DNA from: Thermoanaerobaculia bacterium
Lineage (GTDB): Bacteria > Acidobacteriota > Thermoanaerobaculia > UBA5066 > Gp7-AA6
Direction: 5' to 3'
DNA length: 64,000 bases
Assembly (NCBI GenBank): GCA_035498835.1
Contig: DATJZU010000026.1
Coordinates: 922-64,921 of the forward strand
In this document: positions 42,056 through 49,141 of the stretch, in pieces
Layout: each line of letters begins with the position of its first letter
How positions within the stretch are numbered: the first letter of the stretch is position 1
Translations under genes and position numbers: made by a program
Notes under the pieces: generated by a model
What the model saw: only the letters and a program-made list of their open reading frames with translations
Database searches by the model: none
Told to the model about the DNA's origin: nothing

Positions 42056-42685
42056 TCAGCGGGGCTCCGATCCAACGCCGAGCTTCGCGGCGATGTGCAT
42101 CAGCTCGGCGGCCGTTCGCGCATGCATTCGCTCCATGAGCCGGGCCCGGTGGAACTTGACCGTCTGTTCGACGATGCGGAGGTCGCCGGCGATCTGCTTG
42201 TTGAGCCGGCCGGAAGCCACCGCCGCGAACACCTGGCGCTCACGCTCGGTGAGACTCTCGAATCTTCGCTTGAGCTCCCCGAGAGCATCACCCTCCAGAC
42301 GCGCCGCGGCGTCCCGGTCGACGGCCGCTTGCACGGCTCGGAGGAGCACCGCGGCCTTCACGGGCTTCGTCAGGAAGTCGACGGCGCCCCCCTGCATTGC
42401 CCGGACGGTCATCGGAATGTCGCCATACGCGGTCAGAAATACGATCGGCGGCGTCCTTTCGGTCTGTGCGAGACGACGTTGCAGCTCGAGACCGTCGAGG
42501 CCCGGCAGTGACACGTCAAGCACGAGGCAGCTCGGCGACGGAAAGTTCGGGAGCGCGAGCACGGCCTCTGCGGACTCGAAGGTCTCGACGCTCCACCCTT
42601 TCGCGCGCAACAAGCGCGACAGGCTCTTGCGCACGGCGGGATCGTCGTCGACCAGGTAGACCGTCGGCGGGAGTGAAGCCGGCAT
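42056..42685 (-). CDS. FixJ/LuxR-family DNA-binding response regulator
   Basis: VYLVDDD, LDVSLP, LTAYGD, FLTKP, LTERERQV...GRLNKQIA..L...TVKFHR; ATGA coupling to kinase. Confidence 0.92.
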   Translation of the reverse strand: MPASLPPTVYLVDDDPAVRKSLSRLLRAKGWSVETFESAEAVLALPNFPSPSCLVLDVSLPGLDGLELQRRLAQTERTPPIVFLTAYGDIPMTVRAMQGGAVDFLTKPVKAAVLLRAVQAAVDRDAAARLEGDALGELKRRFESLTERERQVFAAVASGRLNKQIAGDLRIVEQTVKFHRARLMERMHARTAAELMHIAAKLGVGSEPR

Positions 42686-44592
42686 CAGGCGTCCGGGCTC
42701 AATCCCAGGGTCATGCAGAAGGCCGCTCCTCCGTCGGCGCCGTTGGTGACCTCCAATGTTCCCCCGTGTTTGGCGGCGATCGACCGGCAAAGAGCGAGCC
42801 CCATCCCGATGCCCCCGGGCTTGGTGGTCCAGAACGGCTCGAAGACGCTCTTGAGATTCTCGGCCGCGATACCCGGTCCGCCATCGGCGACAGTCAATCG
42901 AACCCCGGCGCCCGCCGTCGTGGTTCGGACGGCGACGCGGCGTTTTTCGATGGGCGTCTCGTCCATGGCCTCGGCGGCGTTCAGGATCAAGTTCAGAAGA
43001 ACCTGCTGGAGCTGGACGTGGTCGCCCCGGATCCGTGGCATCGGTTTCTCGAGTTCCAGCGCCACAGTGACATGCCGGGACTGGAGCTCCGTTTGCGTGA
43101 GATCGAGCGTCTCGGAAACGAGCTCGTTGAGATCGATCTCCCGGAGCTCGAGGTCACTGCGCTTGAAGAGCGCCGCCAGGCGATGAATCACGTCCGCGGC
43201 GCGGTGATCCTCGCTCACGATGTCGGCGCAAATCTCCCGGAGCTCCGCGAGATCGACGGGATTCCGGCCGAGGATGTCCTGTGCCACCTCGGCGTTGCTC
43301 AGGATCGAGGTGAGCGGCTGGCCGAGTTGGTGCGTGATGGAGGCGGAAAGTTGACCCAGCAAAGACACTCGGGTCATGTGATGCAGCGCCGCGCGATCCT
43401 GCTCGGCCTGGAGGTCGGCCCTCGCGCGCGCGGCGGCGGTCCGGAGACGCATTCGGCGCTCGGCGAGGAGCGACGCAATGAGCGCGGCCTGAATGAGGAC
43501 CACGACGATGGCTGTAATGGCCAGACCTCGATGGGCCTGCCACGCCGTCGGCTCGCGGAAGTGCACGACGGCGTCGGCGGGGATGTCGCTCCCGGCAATG
43601 CCCCACTTCTGGGCCTGCCGCCAGTCGATGTGAAGCTGCGTCGACATGATCTCCGGCAGCTGGAGCGAGGACGGTCCGGCGCCCGCGAGCAGCGCGTTCA
43701 CGATCTGCCCGGCCTGCCGGCCCTCGGCCTCGAAGGAGACCATCCGTCCCCCGACGACGCCCGCTCCGATAAACGTGTCGAAGGGGCCGTAGACGGGCGC
43801 CCTGGCCGCAGCGGCCATGATCGCGGCGGATTCGCGCGGCGAGTACACCCGGCCGGCCCCGTCCTTGAAGTAACCGGGCGTGAAGACCACGGCTTCTCGA
43901 CCGAGCTCCCTCAGACGGTCGAGAACCGCCCCGGTCGTTTGGCCGGATAGAAAATCGATCGTCGCGCGACGCTCGAACCGTGGGGCCTCGGCTCGCAGCA
44001 GCGCCTCCCACTCGCGATCCCGTAAGCCCGTCCCCGTCACGAGGACGAGCCGGCGGGCCTTCGGATGCCAGCGCAAGGCCTGCTCGATCGTGCCGGAAAA
44101 GTCGTATTCGACCGGGACTCCGATGACATCGGAGGGCAGAGGCGGAATCGTCTTCAGGAACGACCGCGAGACGTCCGTGTACACGACGGGGGTTTGCGGA
44201 AATAACTTCTTGCGATGTCGCAGGAGAAAGGTGAGCGCTTCCTCTGCCACCACCACGATGGCACCCGGCGGCCGAGAGGAGTATTTCTCGGCCAGGTAGC
44301 GGGCGGCCGCGCCTTCGTAGGGCTCACCGATGAACCACGGCTCATCGAGACTCTCGGTTTGCAGCTCCGTCTGGGGACTCGCGGAATGAGCGATTGCATC
44401 GCGTAATCCTCGATCGATCTCGATGTCCGCGGGCAGCGATCGACCGTACGAATGCAGGACAAGAACACTCGGGGTCTCTCCCCTCGCGGCCGCCGGAGCG
44501 AGAAGAAGCAAGAAACCGGCCAGCAGTGGCGTCGCGAGGGTTTTCGCGTCCCGATGCCAAACGCAGAGCCGAAGACGCAAGTCTGAGCGCAC
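42685..44592 (-). CDS. FixL-like sensor histidine kinase with periplasmic solute-binding-like domain
   Basis: Signal peptide, large periplasmic domain, one TM, H-box SITHQLGQPL, NLILNA, DGGPG, GIGMGL. Confidence 0.88.
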   Translation of the reverse strand: MRSDLRLRLCVWHRDAKTLATPLLAGFLLLLAPAAARGETPSVLVLHSYGRSLPADIEIDRGLRDAIAHSASPQTELQTESLDEPWFIGEPYEGAAARYLAEKYSSRPPGAIVVVAEEALTFLLRHRKKLFPQTPVVYTDVSRSFLKTIPPLPSDVIGVPVEYDFSGTIEQALRWHPKARRLVLVTGTGLRDREWEALLRAEAPRFERRATIDFLSGQTTGAVLDRLRELGREAVVFTPGYFKDGAGRVYSPRESAAIMAAAARAPVYGPFDTFIGAGVVGGRMVSFEAEGRQAGQIVNALLAGAGPSSLQLPEIMSTQLHIDWRQAQKWGIAGSDIPADAVVHFREPTAWQAHRGLAITAIVVVLIQAALIASLLAERRMRLRTAAARARADLQAEQDRAALHHMTRVSLLGQLSASITHQLGQPLTSILSNAEVAQDILGRNPVDLAELREICADIVSEDHRAADVIHRLAALFKRSDLELREIDLNELVSETLDLTQTELQSRHVTVALELEKPMPRIRGDHVQLQQVLLNLILNAAEAMDETPIEKRRVAVRTTTAGAGVRLTVADGGPGIAAENLKSVFEPFWTTKPGGIGMGLALCRSIAAKHGGTLEVTNGADGGAAFCMTLGLSPDA

Positions 44593-44655
44593 AGCTTCTC
44601 AGGGCGAGGATATTCCACGGCGGGCACACACGCCGGACCAACGACCGTGGGACAT

Positions 44656-44753
44656 TGGCGGAAGCGTGTGGGAGTCGAACCCACCCGTCCCGGCAGAACC
44701 GCGACGCCGACGGATTTGAAGTCCGCGAGGGTCACCGGACCCCGTGCGCTTCC
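44656..44753 (-). tRNA. selC: tRNA-Sec (anticodon UCA)
   Basis: GGAAGCGC...GGACTTCAAATCC...GGTTCGACTCCC...GCTTCCGCCA. 8-nt acceptor arm (C.A at position 8), 5-bp T stem, 6-bp D stem with 4-nt loop, long variable arm, encoded CCA. Confidence 0.95.
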
Positions 44754-44784
44754 GGGCGCGATTATGTCAGCGGTCCCCTGCGTC

Positions 44785-45264
44785 TCAGCGGTCTTTCGAT
44801 CCCTGCGCGCCCGCCGTGAACATCGGCCCCGCCGCCGCGAACCACGTGATCAGAAGGCCCAGCGCTTCCAGCCAGCCCTGGAGGTGCCCCTCGAGGGCCT
44901 TCGGATCGGTCAGGCCGATGTGGCGCAGCTTGAGGAGCGTGCCTCTCCCCCTGGGCTCCAGATGAAACGATACGACCGTCTCGAGGCTCGGGTGATCGGG
45001 CGAATACCACGTCATGACGAGACGGCGAGGTGGCTCGACCTCGCGAACGACGCCGTGGACGACCGCGATCTGGCCGTTGGGCATCGCGTACTCGAAGCGG
45101 TACTTTCCGCCCGGCCTCAGGTCCATCATGGCCCGCGAGATCCCGTGCATCCCCTTCCACCAGGCCGCGAGGTCCTCCGGATTCGTCAGCGCGCGGAACA
45201 CGCGCTCGGGCGGCGCCGGAAGCTCCCGCTCCAGCGTGACGGTTCCGGTCTTCTCGTCTTTCAC
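44785..45264 (-). CDS. SRPBCC (AHSA1/START-like) domain protein
   Basis: LERELPAPPERVFRALT, DLRPGG, EVEPPRRLVMTW, GWLEAL; GTGA coupling. Confidence 0.9.
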   Translation of the reverse strand: MKDEKTGTVTLERELPAPPERVFRALTNPEDLAAWWKGMHGISRAMMDLRPGGKYRFEYAMPNGQIAVVHGVVREVEPPRRLVMTWYSPDHPSLETVVSFHLEPRGRGTLLKLRHIGLTDPKALEGHLQGWLEALGLLITWFAAAGPMFTAGAQGSKDR

Positions 45265-45614
45265 GATCGACTCCCCTTTCGTTCGTTCTCGCTTTCGTCC
45301 GCCAGATAGCTCGCGAGCTCGTCCAGCCGCTCGCTCCAGAAGATCTCGTACCGTGCGAGCCACGTCTGCACCGTCCGGAGCGGGGACGGCCGCAGCTCGT
45401 AGATTCTCTGCCGACCGCGAGCCCGCGCGCGCACGAGGCCGGCGCCCCGGAGGACGCGCAGATGCCGGGCCACGGCGGGGCGCGAGGACGGAAATCGCCG
45501 GGCGAGATCCCCGGCGGACCGGCGCCCGCGCGCGAGTTCGTCGAGCAGGCGCCGCCGCGTCGGATCGCCGATCGCCCGAAAGACCGCCGACGCGGCCGCG
45601 CGACGCGTAACCAT
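45261..45614 (-). CDS. ArsR/SmtB-family regulator (SRPBCC-linked type)
   Basis: FRAIGDPTRRRLL, SRPAVARHLRVL..AGLV, YEIFWSERLDEL; no Cys metal site. Confidence 0.9.
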   Translation of the reverse strand: MVTRRAAASAVFRAIGDPTRRRLLDELARGRRSAGDLARRFPSSRPAVARHLRVLRGAGLVRARARGRQRIYELRPSPLRTVQTWLARYEIFWSERLDELASYLADESENERKGSRS

Positions 45615-45622
45615 TCGGTTAC
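45607..45622. promoter_or_regulatory. ArsR operator palindrome overlapping its own start codon
   Basis: GTAACC-ATTC-GGTTAC, perfect 6-4-6 inverted repeat. Confidence 0.65.
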
Positions 45623-45659
45623 ATTATCTCCGGACGGCCCGCGCCGGTCAATCCTTCCG

Positions 45660-47477
45660 TCAGAACCCGGGCGGCCGCTCCCCCGCGGCGCCGCAGGCCC
45701 TCTCGAGCGCGACGCCGGCGGTGCCGATCGTGCCCTCGTCGAACAGCTTTCCGATGAGGCTCACGCCGTGCGGCACGCGCCGCTTCGTCGTGAACGTCGG
45801 CATCGGGTGCGCCGGATCGGGCGCCCAGTCGCTGCGGGCCTGGCTCACCTCGACGAAGCCGGTCCGGAACGTCAGCGCCGGGTGTCCCGTGAAATTCGTG
45901 ATCGTCAGGATTTCGTCGCGCAGTGCGGGCACGAGCAGCAGGTCCACCTTCTCGAAGACGCGCGCCATCTCCTGCGCCACCTTCCGCCGCAGCCGGTCGG
46001 CCTGGACGAAGTCCACGGCCGAGAGGAAGCGCGCCTGGCGGAAGAGGTTCGGCCACGCGTCGTCGACCTGCATCTTCAGCGAGTCCAACTCGTGCGAGAG
46101 CGTCATCTCCTCGAACGCCGCCGCGGCCTCGGCGAAGAGGACCGTGTTGAGCGAGCCGTAGGGCCAGTCCGGCAGCGACACCTCGACACGGACCATGCCG
46201 AGGCGGCGCGCAGTCTCGAGCGTCGCGCGGTCGACCTCCGTGGCCGGAGGCTCGTTCATCCACGCCGGGAGGTAGCCGATCCGCAGGCCCTTCACGGAGC
46301 GAGAGGCGTCGTAGTCCATCCGGCTCGGAACGCTCGAAAGATCGCCCGCGTCGGGCCCCGAGATCGCCTGGAGGACGAGGTAGGAGTCCTCGACGCCGCG
46401 CGTCATCGGGCCGAGCTTGTCGAGCGACCAGCAGAGCGTCATCGCGCCCGTTCGCGCGACCTTGCCGTACGTCGGGCGCAGGCCCGTGATCCCGCAGCGC
46501 ATCGCGGGATCGACGATCGAGCCGCCGGTCTCGCTGCCGATCGAGAAGCCGACGAGCGCCGCGGCCGTGGCGGCGCCCGGACCCGCGCTGCTGCCGCCCG
46601 AGCCCTCCTCGAGGAGCCACGGGTTCATGGTCTGCCCGCCGAACCAGACGTCGTTCAACGCGAGCGCGCCGAGCGAGAGCTTCGCCATGAGGACGGCGCC
46701 GGCCTGCTTGAGCCGGGTCACGACGGCCGCGTCGGCGTCCGGGACGCGGTTGCGGAGCGGCTCCGCGCCCCATGTTGTGGGAATGCCTTTCGTGTCGAGC
46801 AGGTCCTTCACGCCGAACGGAATGCCGTGGAGCGGGCCGCGGCGCTTTCCGGCCGCGATCTCGGCGTCGGCGTGCCGCGCGTCGGCGAGGGCCTGCGCGC
46901 CAGTCAACGTGATGATGCAACGCAGCTTCGGGTCGTAGCGCTCGACGCGCGCGAGATAGATCTTCGTGAGCCGCTCGGACGTCAGCGAGCGATCGGTGAT
47001 CCAGCGAGAGAGGGCGGTCACCGGAGCGAACGCGATGTCCTCGTCGCGCGACGGGAGCGGGCCGGGATCCGAGGCACTCGCGATGAAGCGATCCTTGTTC
47101 GGACCGCCCGGCAGGTTCGGGAGCATCGGGTCCCACCGCGTTCCGGGCGCGAGCGTCGCTTCGAGCGCCACCTTACGAGGGCCGGTACGCCGCTCCATCG
47201 TGGACGCCATCGACTGGCGCCAGCTCCGGGCGAGCTGCGACTGCTCGGCCGCCGTCATCTCGACGCGGACGAGCTTCTGCGCCTGGACGACGGTCTCGGG
47301 CAGGATCTCGGGGCCGACCGGCGGCGCGGTGCCGAAGGCGGGCGGCGTTCCGGCCTCGGGCGTCGGTGCGGGGGCGGGGCTCGCGGTCTGGAGAGCGCGG
47401 GCGGCGCGTCCGGCCGCGGCGGCTCCCACGAGTCCCGCGGCGGCGCGGGACAGGAATTCCCTGCGGGATTTCGGCAT
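45660..47477 (-). CDS. Tat-exported amidase-signature enzyme
   Basis: SRREFL Tat signal; VKDL, GSGGSSAG and GSETGGSI Ser-Ser-Lys triad motifs. Confidence 0.88.
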   Translation of the reverse strand: MPKSRREFLSRAAAGLVGAAAAGRAARALQTASPAPAPTPEAGTPPAFGTAPPVGPEILPETVVQAQKLVRVEMTAAEQSQLARSWRQSMASTMERRTGPRKVALEATLAPGTRWDPMLPNLPGGPNKDRFIASASDPGPLPSRDEDIAFAPVTALSRWITDRSLTSERLTKIYLARVERYDPKLRCIITLTGAQALADARHADAEIAAGKRRGPLHGIPFGVKDLLDTKGIPTTWGAEPLRNRVPDADAAVVTRLKQAGAVLMAKLSLGALALNDVWFGGQTMNPWLLEEGSGGSSAGPGAATAAALVGFSIGSETGGSIVDPAMRCGITGLRPTYGKVARTGAMTLCWSLDKLGPMTRGVEDSYLVLQAISGPDAGDLSSVPSRMDYDASRSVKGLRIGYLPAWMNEPPATEVDRATLETARRLGMVRVEVSLPDWPYGSLNTVLFAEAAAAFEEMTLSHELDSLKMQVDDAWPNLFRQARFLSAVDFVQADRLRRKVAQEMARVFEKVDLLLVPALRDEILTITNFTGHPALTFRTGFVEVSQARSDWAPDPAHPMPTFTTKRRVPHGVSLIGKLFDEGTIGTAGVALERACGAAGERPPGF

Positions 47478-47532
47478 GGGGTGCTCCTTGGGGCGGAATC
47501 CTATGGCGAGTGTCGAAGGTGAACCTCATCAC

Positions 47533-47752
47533 GGGCGGGGACAAGCCCCGCCCCTACTCCCTATCGCATCGTAGGGGGCGGCCCTTGCGGCCGTCCGCCG
47601 AATCGCCGATCACGCCGACATCGTAGGGACGACCCTTGCAGCCGCCCGCCGAATCGCCGACCCGCCTCCATCGTAGGGGGCGGCCCTCGCGGCCGCCCGC
47701 CGAATCGCCGACCACGCCACCATCGAAGGGGCGGCCCTTGGGGCCGCCCGCG
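47533..47752. repeat. GTAG-type REP cluster: one inverted REP plus four tandem 50-52-bp units
   Basis: GGGCGGGGACAAGCCCCGCCCCTAC, then CATCGTAGGGGGCGGCCCTTGCGGCCG(T/C)CCGCCGAATCGCCGA-type units at 47567, 47619, 47669 and 47721. Confidence 0.85.
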
Positions 47753-47755
47753 CGC

Positions 47756-48991
47756 CTATAAGGCCAGCAGCGTCGCCAGGGCCAGCAGCAGTCCCATGCT
47801 GCACACGTCGGTCGCCGTCGTCAGGAAGATGCTCGACGCCGTCGCGGGATCGGCGCCCAGCTTCTTCAACGTCAGCGGCACGAGCGCGCCGGCGATCCCG
47901 CTGATCACGCACGACGCGGTCATCGCCATCCAGACGATACCGCCGAGAAGCATCGAGTTCGCCGTGTGGTTCTGGTGCGCGTACCACCACATGCCGCCTC
48001 CGGCGATCAGCCCGATCAGCACCCCGTTCAGGAGACCGACCCAGGCCTCTTTGATCACGAGCTTCACGGTCGAGAAGTTCCGCAGATCGCCCAGCGTCAG
48101 GCCGCGCAGCGTCACGGCGAGCGCCTGGCAGCCGGAATTCCCGGACTGCCCGGCGAGCACCGGGAGAAACGCGGCCAGCACGACGATCCGATCCACGGTG
48201 TGCTGGAAGGCGCCGACGACCGCCGCCGCCAGGAATGCCGTCAGGAGATTGAGCTGCAGCCACGGGTGCCGGAACCGGAAGCTTCGCCACCAGTGCGTCG
48301 CGACGCGCTCCTCCTTCTCGACGCCGACCATGCTGCCGGCCTGCGCGCTGATGTCGAACGCCTGCCGCTCGAAGAGCGTCTGCCCGCGCACCATCCCGAC
48401 GAGGACGCCGTTCGCGTCCGTGACCGGATACGCGGGATAGTGCCGCGTCACGACGGCGCGCATCGCCTCGACGAGCGGCATCCGCGGCAAGAGCGAGAAC
48501 GGGTCGCGCAGCATCACCTCGTCGAGGCGCTGGTCGCGGCTGGCGAAGAGAAGATCCCGGAACGCGAGCACGCCGATGAGACGGCCCGCCGCGTCCTTCA
48601 CGAAGATGTACGTGATGAGCGTCCGCTTGACGAGCTCTCGCAGCGTCTCGATGACGTCGCCGACCTTCGCGTCCGGCGGGAAGACGGCCGGCGCGCGCTC
48701 CATCAGCCGGCCGACCGTCTCCTCCGGATATTCGAGATTGACCTGCCACTGCTCGCCGCGACCCTCCGGCGCCGCCGCCACGATCCGGGCGCGCTGCGCG
48801 GCCGGCAGGCGCCCGATGACGTCCACGGCCTCGGCAGGATTCAGGAGCGCGAGCGCCCGTCCCGCGATGTCGTCGGCCACCGCCCTCAGTCGCCGCGCCG
48901 CTTCGGGCGGAGGCAGGGCGTGCAGCTCTTCCGAGAGCGCGACGATGCGCTGCGCGTCGCTCATCACCTGACCGGCATCGGCCTTGGCCAT
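47756..48991 (-). CDS. mgtE: Magnesium transporter MgtE
   Basis: CBS pair plus TM domain with FLPVLAGQSGNSGCQ and DPATASSIFLTTATD. Confidence 0.88.
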   Translation of the reverse strand: MAKADAGQVMSDAQRIVALSEELHALPPPEAARRLRAVADDIAGRALALLNPAEAVDVIGRLPAAQRARIVAAAPEGRGEQWQVNLEYPEETVGRLMERAPAVFPPDAKVGDVIETLRELVKRTLITYIFVKDAAGRLIGVLAFRDLLFASRDQRLDEVMLRDPFSLLPRMPLVEAMRAVVTRHYPAYPVTDANGVLVGMVRGQTLFERQAFDISAQAGSMVGVEKEERVATHWWRSFRFRHPWLQLNLLTAFLAAAVVGAFQHTVDRIVVLAAFLPVLAGQSGNSGCQALAVTLRGLTLGDLRNFSTVKLVIKEAWVGLLNGVLIGLIAGGGMWWYAHQNHTANSMLLGGIVWMAMTASCVISGIAGALVPLTLKKLGADPATASSIFLTTATDVCSMGLLLALATLLAL

Positions 48992-49084
48992 GGCTCCTCC
49001 TGATGTCGCGGGATCGGAAAGCCCGCGCCATGATAGCCGCGGGCCCGCGTCCCGCCGAGGCCGAAAAGTGGTGAAAGTGAGAAG

Positions 49085-49127
49085 GAAGTGAAGAAGCGGC
49101 GGAGGCGGATCCGTCCGCCCCCGCCGC
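49085..49127 (-). terminator. Intrinsic terminator after the Oar-type TBDR
   Basis: 14-bp GC-rich hairpin (49096-49127) followed on the minus strand by TTCTTCACTT. Confidence 0.55.
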
Positions 49128-49141
49128 CGCCTTTCGAGATC

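Noticed and set aside
33400-44655. Intact integrative element at selC
   Set aside because: No integrase, relaxase or duplicated tRNA 3' end found by eye; kept only as a possible degenerate island.
47567-47752. Four regularly spaced repeats resembling a CRISPR array
   Set aside because: Variable segments are only about 8 nt and similar to each other, units start with GTAG plus a GC hairpin (REP-like), and no cas genes are in the window.
48992-49141. M-box or Mn riboswitch upstream of mgtE
   Set aside because: Short gap occupied by a terminator-like hairpin and a purine-rich tract; no recognisable aptamer motifs.
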